A stretch of DNA of 64,000 bases from an uncultured Gemmatimonadaceae bacterium (GTDB lineage Bacteria > Gemmatimonadota > Gemmatimonadetes > Gemmatimonadales > Gemmatimonadaceae): positions 32,001-96,000 of the forward strand of contig CAWBOC010000003.1 in assembly GCA_963790305.1 (NCBI GenBank). The letters are read 5' to 3'. Shown one piece after another: positions 21,663 to 31,187 of the stretch (the first letter of the stretch is position 1; each line of letters opens with the position of its first letter). A model generated the notes under the pieces. That model ran no database searches. It was not told the origin of the DNA and was given only the letters and a program-made list of their open reading frames with translations. A program made the translations under genes and the position numbers.

Positions 21663-22718
21663 CTATCCCGATCGCGAAGCGCTCGCACTGTCCCCCATGA
21701 CGGGTCGTCGTGCGAGAAGCGTGCGCACGGCCTGAAAAACTTGCGTGGGGGTCACTTCCGCTGTGAGCGCCGACGCCCGCGGATCGCTCTTGGGGACGAT
21801 GCCGACGTCCCGCGCGGCCTCGGCGCGCAGCGCGATCACGGACGCATCGTCCGATGGAGCCCAGGCCGCCGGTGGCTCGGGGCCAAAGATCGTTACGCGC
21901 GGCACCCGGAGCGCCGTCGCGATGTGCGCCGGACCGGTGTCTGCGGACACGAGCGCATCGCACGCGGCAAGCGCGCTCATGAAGTTCCGCAGGCCGGGCA
22001 CGGAGATGCGCGCGAACGCACGCGATCCCTGGGACGCGCGTGACGCCTTCTCGCTGTCGCCCGGCATCTCGAACAGGACTACCTGAATCCCCGCCCACGC
22101 GAGCCCATCCGACAGCAGGGCGAAGTGGCCCGGCGGCCACTCCTTCGCCGACTCGCCTGCCGAGAGAACGAGAGCGACCACCGGGGCATCACCGCGGGTC
22201 CCATGGGACGTGAGAAGCGCACGCCCCGCGGCACGCTCCTGCTCGGTCAGCGCAAGACTCGTTCGCACTGGACCCACTCGCACGCCCAGGAGCTCGAGCA
22301 GGCGCTGCCGCTCGCGCGGGACGTATTCGACGGCGCGTCCCGCGCGCGGTAGACGGTGCGTGTAGACCCATCCCCATCCTCGCACCGCGAACCCCGCGCG
22401 AACGGGCGACCCTGAGACGAGTGCCAACGGCGCCGTCCTCGGCGACGATTGCGGGTCAACGATCCAGTCGTAACCGCGCCGGCGCACTGCGCGCCAGGTA
22501 CGTGTGGGATGCTTGCGATCGTAGACAAGCCGTTCCCGAATGGCTGGATGGTGCTCGAGCAGGGGCGCCGCGCCCTCGCCCACGAGGAAGTCGATCGGCG
22601 TGTGCGGAAACGCGCGCCGGAGATCCTCGAGCAATGCCGTCGTTAGGACGACGTCGCCAAGGCGTCGCAGCTGCACGAGGAGCACCTGACGCGGATGCGA
22701 AACGCGCGGCTCCTTCAC
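21663..22718 (-). CDS. Glycosyltransferase family 9
   Basis: QLRRLGDVVLT, KEWP, SADTGPAHIATAL; GTGA overlap with the GT2 stop. Confidence 0.9.
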   Translation of the reverse strand: MKEPRVSHPRQVLLVQLRRLGDVVLTTALLEDLRRAFPHTPIDFLVGEGAAPLLEHHPAIRERLVYDRKHPTRTWRAVRRRGYDWIVDPQSSPRTAPLALVSGSPVRAGFAVRGWGWVYTHRLPRAGRAVEYVPRERQRLLELLGVRVGPVRTSLALTEQERAAGRALLTSHGTRGDAPVVALVLSAGESAKEWPPGHFALLSDGLAWAGIQVVLFEMPGDSEKASRASQGSRAFARISVPGLRNFMSALAACDALVSADTGPAHIATALRVPRVTIFGPEPPAAWAPSDDASVIALRAEAARDVGIVPKSDPRASALTAEVTPTQVFQAVRTLLARRPVMGDSASASRSG

Positions 22719-23461
22719 TCCGGCTCGCGCCACAATTTGGCGTACTGCACGAACGCGTAGAAGGCTGCCATTGTCGCATGGATGACCCCCGCGCGTCCGT
22801 CGAGAATGCCGAGACGAAGCACCAGGCGCGAAAAGAGCTCCCACGGGATCCGAAGCACGTGCGTCACCGAAAACCGGCGCCCCGCCTCGCCTTTGCGACG
22901 CGCCGCAAGCTCCGTGTACCGGTTGATCGTGTCGACATGCTCGCGAAGGGAGCGATACTTGATGTGATCGAGGGCGCCGGACAATCGCTCCGTGCGCCCA
23001 TCGACGATCAGGTGCTCGTGCACCGCGAGAGGCGCGAATCGTGCTCGCTCCCGTCGAGCGAGGCGAAGAACCCACTCCGAGCCTGCCCCTCCGAAGCGGA
23101 GCCGGCGTCCGAGATAGATCATGGTGCGCCTCAGCCAGTAGCCGTCGGCTGGCCGTTCGCGGCGAATGACCTGCGCAATCTCGCCGGCGAGCGCCGGTGT
23201 GATGCGCTCGTCGGCGTCAATGGAGAGTATCCAGCTGCCGGTCGCCATCTCGAGCGCCGCCTGCTTTTGCCGGCCGAAGTCGTCGAACGGCCGCATTGCC
23301 ACCCGCGCTCCGCTCTGCTTCGCGATCGAGACGGTGGCATCGGTCGAGCCATCGTCGAGTACCACGATCTCATCGGCGATCTCCCGAATGCTCGCGAGGC
23401 ACGCTTCGAGGTGCGCTTCCTCGTTGTGCACGATGAGGACGACGGAGAGAAGGGGGGGCAC
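22715..23461 (-). CDS. Glycosyltransferase family 2 (WaaE/KdtX-like)
   Basis: NEEAHL..CL.S, DDGSTDAT, FGRQKQ, IDADE, VHE. Confidence 0.92.
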   Translation of the reverse strand: MPPLLSVVLIVHNEEAHLEACLASIREIADEIVVLDDGSTDATVSIAKQSGARVAMRPFDDFGRQKQAALEMATGSWILSIDADERITPALAGEIAQVIRRERPADGYWLRRTMIYLGRRLRFGGAGSEWVLRLARRERARFAPLAVHEHLIVDGRTERLSGALDHIKYRSLREHVDTINRYTELAARRKGEAGRRFSVTHVLRIPWELFSRLVLRLGILDGRAGVIHATMAAFYAFVQYAKLWREPE

Positions 23462-23552
23462 GTCTCGCGGAGCGGGATTAGACTATGGACGGCATTGCGA
23501 GCGCAATGACACGGCAGGCAGAATCGTACCCGTCTCGCGATCGAGACGCCAT

Positions 23553-24551
23553 ATGACCGACCCCTCGCGAATTCTCCTGGTCAGTCTCGACAACGTCGGC
23601 GATCTGGTGTTCGCATCGGCGCTCGCGCCGGCATTGCGGGAGCGCTTTCCTGCCGCGCCCCTCGACCTCTGGTGCAAGGCGTACGCTGCCGATGTCGCCC
23701 GGCTCATTCCGGGAGTCACGCGCGTCATCGCCTCCGATCCCTTCTGGGACCGTGCGCCGGGCGCGTCGAAGGGCAAGCTCGCGCCCTTCCTTCGAGCGCT
23801 CCGCGAGATCCATGGTGCTCGCTACGATCTCGCCGTGTTGGCATCCTCGCACTGGCGCGTGGCCACGGCGCTCGCGCTGGCTGGTGTCCCCGCTCGCATC
23901 GCCCGGCAGCGGAAGCGCAATCAGCGGTGGCTCACGCACGTGCTTCCCGAGGAGGACCGTTCGCGCCCCGTCGTCGCGGAGCTTGGGCGCATCGCGCACG
24001 CACTGGGCGCCACCCCGCGCGCCCACTACCGCCTCGATCCGGCGCCGCTTTCCGAGCGCCGGGCATCGTTCGCGTCAGTGATCAGGGGACCGCGCCGCGT
24101 GGCGCTGCACGCCTTCGCGGGAAGTCGCGCACGATGCGTCGCCATCCCGGTGTGGCGCACGTTCGGCGAGGCACTCGTCAGGCGCGATGTCGATGTCGTG
24201 TGGATCGGCTCCGCCGCCGAGTTGGCCGAGATCCGTGCGGGCGGCGTGTCGCCGCGCTGGCATTTCGCAGACACGGTCGGCAACCGATCGCTCTTCGATT
24301 CCGCCGCGCTCATCTCACTGAGTGACGCGTTCGTCGGTCACGACTCCGGGCCGTTGCATATCGCGGCCGGCCTTGGGGTGCCCGTACTCGGGATGTTCAC
24401 GCCCGGCGAACCACAGCGGACATTCCCTCAGGGACCGGGGATGTCCCGCGTTATCGCGCGTCCGTCACCAGCCGGCGTTACGGTGGAGGTGATGCTGGCC
24501 GAGCTCGATCTGCTGCAGCCGCTCGGACCACTGTCGCCAGCGCATCGATGA
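23553..24551 (+). CDS. Glycosyltransferase family 9
   Basis: ILLVSLDNVGDLV, GHDSGPLHIAAGL. Confidence 0.88.
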   Translation: MTDPSRILLVSLDNVGDLVFASALAPALRERFPAAPLDLWCKAYAADVARLIPGVTRVIASDPFWDRAPGASKGKLAPFLRALREIHGARYDLAVLASSHWRVATALALAGVPARIARQRKRNQRWLTHVLPEEDRSRPVVAELGRIAHALGATPRAHYRLDPAPLSERRASFASVIRGPRRVALHAFAGSRARCVAIPVWRTFGEALVRRDVDVVWIGSAAELAEIRAGGVSPRWHFADTVGNRSLFDSAALISLSDAFVGHDSGPLHIAAGLGVPVLGMFTPGEPQRTFPQGPGMSRVIARPSPAGVTVEVMLAELDLLQPLGPLSPAHR

Positions 24552-25599
24552 CCGGCTGAGCCGCGAGAGAGTCCAGAGTCGGACCCGGGCTGTACACGAA
24601 GCGACCAGGTGTCTCGTACGGCTCGAAGATCGCTGACCCCCCGATCATCATCACGACCGACGGCTTCGCGAACGCGGACGCAGCATGGGCAATGCTCGTG
24701 TCCGGGGTGAAGACGACGTCGGCCGTCGCCACGAGGGCGAGCGCGTCGCGCAGCCCGGGCACGATCGCCCGAGCACCGGCGTCTCGCGCGATACGGTCGG
24801 CCTCATCGAGCTCGGCGGGTGGCGCCATGACCAGCACGGAACTGGGTGGAGCGACATCTCGAGCTGCGCGGATGGCGGCGACGACGCGATCGGACGGCCA
24901 GCGGCGGCGTGCCTCGCTCGCGGCGATGTTCACGAGGATGCGCAGGCGGCCGTGGTCGTCCACGCGCCACGCGTCCTCTGCCCGCCCGCGCTCGTCGGCG
25001 TCGATGAACAGCTCCGGTCGCCAGTCCGTTCGCCGTACATCCACCCCGAATGGTGTCGCCGTCGCGGCCGACTGCAAGATCTGATGCGCGTCGGGCGAGG
25101 CCGCGCGAACGGGGAGCGTATAGATGAAGTCGTTCGCCCGCCCGCCGATTCCAATGCGGTAGCGGGCGCCGGTCACCAGCATGAGCATCAGCATCGTGAC
25201 CGACGGCTGAAGCACCATGCCATCGATGACCGCATCATATCGCTCGCCGCGCAATGTGCGCGCGGTGCGCACGAACGATCCGAGACGCTTGCGATCGAAG
25301 GTGATGACGCGTCTCACGTTTGGATTCCCCGCCAGCACGACCGCGTTGGACGGCGATGCGAGGACATCGAGCTGGATCGTTGGATGCGCGGTCGCGATCG
25401 CCCGGATGAGCGGTGTCGCCATGATCATGTCGCCGATGCGGTCATACCGCAGGTAGAGCACGCGATGCGCCCGATCGTCCCACCGCGGCTCCTCCGGTGC
25501 ACGGCGACCAGGCAGCATCGCGCCGAGGGCCCGGAACACCACACGCTTCCACGCCCGCTCGAGCTGCTTCAATGCCCGCTTGATCGGCGGCGAGGTCAC
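24478..25599 (-). CDS. Glycosyltransferase family 9
   Basis: LRYDRIGDMIMATP, RRWP, TPDTSIAHAASA. Confidence 0.9.
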   Translation of the reverse strand: MTSPPIKRALKQLERAWKRVVFRALGAMLPGRRAPEEPRWDDRAHRVLYLRYDRIGDMIMATPLIRAIATAHPTIQLDVLASPSNAVVLAGNPNVRRVITFDRKRLGSFVRTARTLRGERYDAVIDGMVLQPSVTMLMLMLVTGARYRIGIGGRANDFIYTLPVRAASPDAHQILQSAATATPFGVDVRRTDWRPELFIDADERGRAEDAWRVDDHGRLRILVNIAASEARRRWPSDRVVAAIRAARDVAPPSSVLVMAPPAELDEADRIARDAGARAIVPGLRDALALVATADVVFTPDTSIAHAASAFAKPSVVMMIGGSAIFEPYETPGRFVYSPGPTLDSLAAQPVIDALATVVRAAAADRARPASPPP

Positions 25600-26735
25600 C
25601 GAGCCGTTGAGGCGGAAGAGAGCGGTGCCACGCGCATCAGCATATCGAGCACCGCCCGCTCGACGCGCTCGGGTGGAATCGATCGGATGTGTCCACCGTC
25701 GCCAAACAGGGGCATGCCATCCACACCGGCGGGGACGAGTGGCTCGTGGCCGCTCGGCAGCATCACGACGACTGGTGTACCAAGCGCCGCAGCCGCGTGT
25801 CCCATGCTCGTGTCGGGAGTGAGCAGAAGGCTCGCCTTCGCCACGGTCGCGAACGCGACACGCAGAGGAGGCACCATCGCGATCGCACCAACATTCCGCG
25901 CCAGCGCCGTCGCCCGCACCTCGTCACCAGGGCCGCCGATGATGCCGACCTGGACGTCCGGGCGCTGACGGCGAATGGCCCGCAGCGAGATCGCATATGC
26001 TCCATCATCCCACCGTCGGCACTCGTTGAGTGAGGAGATGTTGACCAGTAGCCGAGGTGCATCGGCTCCTGCCGCCGCCCAAGCGCGTTCACCCTCCGCC
26101 AGCTCCGCGGTGCTCAGGACGAGGGCCGGACGCGGATCCATCCCCGACGGGTCGACGCCAAAGGGCAGACCGAGTGACGCAGTGTACCGACTGTGGTGCG
26201 CCTGCTCGTTCGACGCCCGAATGGGAATGGTGTAGACGAAATCATTCTCGCGCCCGGCCATTCCAATGCGTTGCCGCGCCCGCGAGGCCAGGAGCAGCAG
26301 CACCATTGCCGCCTTCACCCGGCCGCCGAACTCCCGTCCATCGACGAAGCGGCGGACCGTTCCGTCGATGATTGCGTCGTACCCCTCTCGGCGAATCTGC
26401 GCGATGACCTCGCGCGGATACGTCAGCCGTCGCCCCGGCGAGAACGCATGCACGTTGCGGAGGAACGGGAGGCCGCGAAGCGCTTCCGCGGGCCCGGGGA
26501 AGGTCAGCACATCGATCGCGATGTTGGGTCGCACTCGCGCGATCGCGCGCAATAGCGGCGTCGACATGAGCACGTCACCAATGCCGTCGTGGCGAATGAA
26601 CAGCACGCGAAGTTGACCGGACGACCAATCCGGGACGGACCGTCGGCGAACTCCGCCGAGCACCAACCCCAGGAGGCGCAGTAGCACACCCTTCGCCTTG
26701 CGCTCCAGCTCCTTGAGCGCCCGCGGCGTACTCAC
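25596..26735 (-). CDS. Glycosyltransferase family 9 (paralogue of the downstream gene)
   Basis: IRHDGIGDVLMSTP, TPDTSMGHAAAAL. Confidence 0.9.
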   Translation of the reverse strand: MSTPRALKELERKAKGVLLRLLGLVLGGVRRRSVPDWSSGQLRVLFIRHDGIGDVLMSTPLLRAIARVRPNIAIDVLTFPGPAEALRGLPFLRNVHAFSPGRRLTYPREVIAQIRREGYDAIIDGTVRRFVDGREFGGRVKAAMVLLLLASRARQRIGMAGRENDFVYTIPIRASNEQAHHSRYTASLGLPFGVDPSGMDPRPALVLSTAELAEGERAWAAAGADAPRLLVNISSLNECRRWDDGAYAISLRAIRRQRPDVQVGIIGGPGDEVRATALARNVGAIAMVPPLRVAFATVAKASLLLTPDTSMGHAAAALGTPVVVMLPSGHEPLVPAGVDGMPLFGDGGHIRSIPPERVERAVLDMLMRVAPLSSASTAR

Positions 26736-27337
26736 TGGAGACGCACGCCGCGGAAGTCGTACCTCACGCCATGCTGCGAGAGCAGGGTGACGAGGCGCAC
26801 GAGTGAGAGGCCCATCACCGCGAAGAAGTCGCCGTCGATGCGCTGGACGATCGTCGCGCCATACCCCTGTATGCCATACGCACCAGCCTTGTCCATGGGC
26901 TCGCGCGTCGCGATGTAAGCGCTGATCTCTTCATCGCGTAACTCCCGGAACGTCACCGACACGATCTCGACGGTCGAGTCGATGCGTGTGCCGCGCGCGA
27001 CGGCGACCGCGGTAAAGACCTCGTGCGTCCGGCCGCTCAACTGGCGGAGCATCAGCGCGGCATGCGCTTCGTCGCGAGGCTTGCCGAGCACTTGATCATC
27101 GATGACGACGATCGTGTCCGCGCCAATGACCACCGCGTCGGGCGCTCCACGAGCGATCCTGTCGACCTTGGCGCGGGCGAGACGTTCGGCGTGTGCCACC
27201 GGCGCTTCGCCAGCCAGGTACGCTTCATCAATGTCCGCCGGGATGACCTCGTGCGCGATGCCGATCATCGTGAGGAGCTCGCGTCTCCTCGGCGACGATG
27301 ACGCGAGGAGCACGCGGGGCGTCAGCGCTCCAGCCAC
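26732..27337 (-). CDS. maf: Maf family nucleotide pyrophosphatase (true start probably slightly downstream)
   Basis: LASSSPRRRELL, GADTIV, LGKP, DKAGAYGIQG. Confidence 0.95.
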   Translation of the reverse strand: MAGALTPRVLLASSSPRRRELLTMIGIAHEVIPADIDEAYLAGEAPVAHAERLARAKVDRIARGAPDAVVIGADTIVVIDDQVLGKPRDEAHAALMLRQLSGRTHEVFTAVAVARGTRIDSTVEIVSVTFRELRDEEISAYIATREPMDKAGAYGIQGYGATIVQRIDGDFFAVMGLSLVRLVTLLSQHGVRYDFRGVRLQ

Positions 27338-27774
27338 AACGTCACCGGCCCGTCGTTCACGAGCTCCACGTCCATCATCGCGCCGAACTCGCCACGCTCC
27401 ACGCGCACGCCGCGCTGGGTGAGCATCGCGATGAATTGCTCGTACAAACGCTCGGCCACCTCGGGGCGCGCGGCATCGATGAAGCTGGGGCGACGCCCCT
27501 TGTCCACGTCCCCGTAGAGCGTGAACTGCGACACGACGAGAAGCGCGCCGCCGACCTCGGGGAGCGCGAGGTTCATCTTCCCTTCCCCGTCGCCAAAGAC
27601 GCGCAGTCCGACGACCTTCTCAGCCATCCACGAGAGCCGTGCGTCGTCATCGTCGTGCGTGAAGCCCACCAGGAGCAGAAATCCGGCATCGATGCGCCCC
27701 GTCGTCCGCGTATCGCCGCTCGCCTCGCGCACGCGCACCTCGGCGCGCGACACTCGCTGGACCAGAATGCGCAT
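27322..27774 (-). CDS. dtd: D-aminoacyl-tRNA deacylase
   Basis: MRILVQRV, SQFTL, GRRPSF, NDGPVT. Confidence 0.97.
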   Translation of the reverse strand: MRILVQRVSRAEVRVREASGDTRTTGRIDAGFLLLVGFTHDDDDARLSWMAEKVVGLRVFGDGEGKMNLALPEVGGALLVVSQFTLYGDVDKGRRPSFIDAARPEVAERLYEQFIAMLTQRGVRVERGEFGAMMDVELVNDGPVTLWLER

Positions 27775-27784
27775 GGGGTAAATA

Positions 27785-27866
27785 AAGGCGCTTGAGGCGC
27801 TAAATGCGCTAGAGGCGCTGAGGGATCCCTCAGCGCCTCTAGCGCATCTAGCGCCTTTAGCGCCTC
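27785..27866. repeat. Palindromic nonamer element, family A copy 3
   Basis: Perfect 44-bp palindrome 27804-27847 with the same GGCGCTGAGGG/CCCTCAGCGCC core as copy 1. Confidence 0.9.
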
Positions 27867-29694
27867 ACTCCACCGTCACCGACTTGGCGAGGTTGCGCGG
27901 CTGGTCGACGTTCGCGCCGCGCTTCACCGCGATGTAGTACGCGAGCAGCTGCAGCGGCACCGAGGCGAGCACGGGCGTGAACATGTCGATCGTCTCGGGG
28001 ATGCGAATCTCGTAGTCGAGCAGGCCGGCCAGCGCTGGCTCGTCGCGGCTGGTAATGGCGATGACGCGCCCGCCGCGCGCCTTCACTTCCTGGATGTTGG
28101 AGCAGATCTTGTCGAACACCGAATCGTGCGGCGCAATGAAGACGACGGGCATGTTCTCGTCAATGAGCGCGATCGGACCGTGCTTCATCTCCGCGGCCGG
28201 ATAGCCCTCCGCGTGGATGTAGCTGATCTCCTTCAGCTTCAGCGCGCCCTCGAGCGCCGCGGGGAAATTGTAGCCGCGGCCAAGGTACAGGAAATTCGTC
28301 GCGTCCTTGAACTCGTCGGCGATGCGCTCGATGATCGGCGCGCCGTCGAGGATCTGCTGGATCTGCTGCGGAAGCTGGTGCATCGCCTGCACGATGTTCC
28401 GTCCCTGAAGGACCGAGAGGCTCCGCAACCGCGCGAGCTTGAGCGTGAACATCGCCAGCGCCATGACCTGGCTGGTGAACGCCTTCGTCGAGGCGACCCC
28501 GATCTCGGGGCCCGCGTGGATGTAGACGCCGCCGTCGGACTCGCGAGCGATCGTCGAGCCCACGACGTTGACGATCCCGATCGCGCGCGCCCCGCGCTGC
28601 TGCGCTTCGCGCATCGCGGCCAGAGTGTCGGCGGTCTCGCCGGACTGCGAGATGACGATGCAAAGCGTGCGGTCACTCACGATGGGATTGCGATACCGGA
28701 ACTCCGAGGCGTACTCGACCTCCACCGGCACGCGCGCGCACTCCTCGATCATGTGCTCGGCGATCAGCGCCGAATGCCAGCTGGTTCCGCAGGCCGTGAT
28801 GACGATGTTCTCGATGTGAAGCAGATCGTCGGCGGTCATGTTCAGGCCGCCCAGCTTGGCCGTGCCCTCCTCACCCAACAGGCGCCCGCGCATGGTGTTT
28901 TCCACGCTCGCCGGCTGCTCGAAGATTTCTTTCAACATGAAGTGCGCGAATCCGCCGCGCTCGATCATGTCGAGGTCCCAATCGATCTGGCTCACCTGCC
29001 GATCGATCTGGCTCGCCGCGTTCACATCGAGAATGCGGTACCCGTCGCGGCACAGGACCGCGACGTCGCCATCGTCCAGATAGATCACCTGGCGCGTGTG
29101 CGCCAGAATCGCCGACACGTCGCTGGCGACGAAGTGCTCGCCATCGCCGAGCCCGATGAGCAGCGGACTTCCCTTGCGCGCCGCGACGATCTTGTTCGGA
29201 TCGCGACTCGAGACGACGGCGATGCCGTACGTCCCCTCGACGTGCCGGAGCGCATCGATGACCGCCGTCTCGAGGGTGCCATCGAAGTGCTCCTCGATGA
29301 GGTGGGCCAGGACCTCGGTGTCGGTCTCGGAACGGAACTCGTGACCGCGGGCCTCGAGGAGCCTCCGCAGTGTGGACGCGTTCTCGATGATCCCGTTGTG
29401 CACGACGGCGATCGCGTCATCGCAGGAGTGATGGGGATGGGCATTGCACGTCGTCGGGGCGCCGTGGGTGGCCCACCGCGTGTGCGCGATCCCGAGCGTT
29501 CCGTGGACCGGGCTCGCCAGCACGACCGACTCGAGCTGCGAGATCTTGCCGGCCGCCTTACGAGTCTCGACGCCCTTGCCGTTCATGACGGCGATGCCTG
29601 CCGAGTCGTATCCGCGATACTCCAGTCGCTTCAGCCCTTCTACCAACAGCGGCGTCGCGACGCGCGCTCCGACGTAACCGACGATTCCACACAT
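27865..29694 (-). CDS. glmS: Glutamine-fructose-6-phosphate transaminase (isomerizing)
   Basis: MCGIVG, EYRGYDSAG, HTRWATHG, SQSGETADT, PRNLAKSVTVE. Confidence 0.98.
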   Translation of the reverse strand: MCGIVGYVGARVATPLLVEGLKRLEYRGYDSAGIAVMNGKGVETRKAAGKISQLESVVLASPVHGTLGIAHTRWATHGAPTTCNAHPHHSCDDAIAVVHNGIIENASTLRRLLEARGHEFRSETDTEVLAHLIEEHFDGTLETAVIDALRHVEGTYGIAVVSSRDPNKIVAARKGSPLLIGLGDGEHFVASDVSAILAHTRQVIYLDDGDVAVLCRDGYRILDVNAASQIDRQVSQIDWDLDMIERGGFAHFMLKEIFEQPASVENTMRGRLLGEEGTAKLGGLNMTADDLLHIENIVITACGTSWHSALIAEHMIEECARVPVEVEYASEFRYRNPIVSDRTLCIVISQSGETADTLAAMREAQQRGARAIGIVNVVGSTIARESDGGVYIHAGPEIGVASTKAFTSQVMALAMFTLKLARLRSLSVLQGRNIVQAMHQLPQQIQQILDGAPIIERIADEFKDATNFLYLGRGYNFPAALEGALKLKEISYIHAEGYPAAEMKHGPIALIDENMPVVFIAPHDSVFDKICSNIQEVKARGGRVIAITSRDEPALAGLLDYEIRIPETIDMFTPVLASVPLQLLAYYIAVKRGANVDQPRNLAKSVTVE

Positions 29695-29719
29695 GGTGCG
29701 TACGTTCCAGGATCCAGGG

Positions 29720-31093
29720 TTACCCGCTCTGTCTCAGCGCCTTGATCGGCGCCCAGGCGCGACTCACCAGCTCACGCGCCGCGTCCTCGGTTCTCGCTTC
29801 GGCGATCACCCGCACGATCGGCTCCGTTCCCGAGGGCCGGACGTGCACCCAACGGTCGGGCCACGACAACCGCAACCCGTCCTGCAGGTCTGCGGTCGCA
29901 TCGGCGAACTCCTTCCGAAGCGCTTGATACACCGCCTCGAGCGACACATTCGGGCGGTCCATCTTGTCCTTGACGATCGAGTACGCGGGAAAGCGGCCTA
30001 CGATCGCCGATAACGGCGTGTCGTCCTCCAACAACAACTGAAGGATGAGCGCGACACCGACCGGCGCGTCGCGGCCGAGGTGAAGCTCAGGGAGAATGAC
30101 ACCGCCGTTCCCCTCGCCTCCGACGGGCGCGCGCTCTTCGCGCATGCGCACCGCCACGTTCACCTCGCCCACAGGCGCCCGGATCACCTTCGATCCGGCC
30201 TCCCTGACCATGTCGTCGAGGATCAAACTCGTCGACAGGTTCGCAACCACGGGCCCTTTCCGGTGTCGCAAAACGACACGAGCGGCGAGTGCGAGGGTAT
30301 AGTCCTCGCCCACCGCCACCCCTTTTTCCGACACCAGGGCCAGCCGATCCACGTCCGGATCGACCGCCATGCCCACGTCGGCCCCGCTCTGAAGCACGAG
30401 CCGTTCCAACTCATGCAGGTTTTCGGCTACTGGCTCGGGAGAGCGTGGGAAACGGCCATCGGGCTCCAAATGGATCGCCGTTACCTCGCAGCCAAAGCGC
30501 TCGAGAAGCTGCGGGATGATGCGTCCCCCGGCTCCTCGAACGCAGTCGAGTGCGACCTTGAAGCCGCGCTTGCGGATCCCGGCGACGTCGAGGAACGGGA
30601 TCGCCAGCACCTGCTCAATGTGCCGGGAGATTGCGTCGCGATCCTCGGTGACCGTTCCGAGCCGGTCCCATGAAGCACGCGGAATATTCCCGTCGACGAC
30701 ACGGCGCATCTCCGCCCCTTCGTGGGCCTCGAGAAAGGCGCCGCTCGGACCGATGAACTTGAGCGCATTCCACTCGACGGGGTTGTGACTCGCCGAGATC
30801 ATGAGGCCACCGGCTGCGTGGTGGTGCTCGACCGCCAGCTGGCAGGTGGGGGTCGTGGTCAGCCCAATGTCGACGACGTCGCACCCCACGGATTGGAGCG
30901 CTGAAACGACGGCGCGATGAAACATGGGACCCGAGACGCGCGAGTCGCGGCCAACGACGATCGCGCGGGTCTTGGCGCGGCCGCTCGCCCATGCGCCGAA
31001 TCCGGCCGCGAATCGCGCCACCACCTCCGGCGTCAACGCCTCGCCCACGCGTCCGCGCACGCCGGACACGCTGATCATCAGCCCTTCGTACAC
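29720..31093 (-). CDS. glmM: Phosphoglucosamine mutase / phosphohexomutase
   Basis: GRDSRVSG, SASHNP, DPDVDR, GGEGNGG, RPSGTEP; adjacent to glmS. Confidence 0.88.
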   Translation of the reverse strand: MYEGLMISVSGVRGRVGEALTPEVVARFAAGFGAWASGRAKTRAIVVGRDSRVSGPMFHRAVVSALQSVGCDVVDIGLTTTPTCQLAVEHHHAAGGLMISASHNPVEWNALKFIGPSGAFLEAHEGAEMRRVVDGNIPRASWDRLGTVTEDRDAISRHIEQVLAIPFLDVAGIRKRGFKVALDCVRGAGGRIIPQLLERFGCEVTAIHLEPDGRFPRSPEPVAENLHELERLVLQSGADVGMAVDPDVDRLALVSEKGVAVGEDYTLALAARVVLRHRKGPVVANLSTSLILDDMVREAGSKVIRAPVGEVNVAVRMREERAPVGGEGNGGVILPELHLGRDAPVGVALILQLLLEDDTPLSAIVGRFPAYSIVKDKMDRPNVSLEAVYQALRKEFADATADLQDGLRLSWPDRWVHVRPSGTEPIVRVIAEARTEDAARELVSRAWAPIKALRQSG

Positions 31094-31187
31094 GCTCCTC
31101 TCCCGGTGCAGTCGGCGCGAAAGCTACCGAGGGCGATGTCGCGCACCAAGCGCGCGTTACGTGTGGGACTGGCGGCGCGTTCTATGA

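Noticed and set aside
29695..29719. glmS ribozyme upstream of glmS
   Set aside because: Only 25 nt separate glmM and glmS, too short for the ribozyme.
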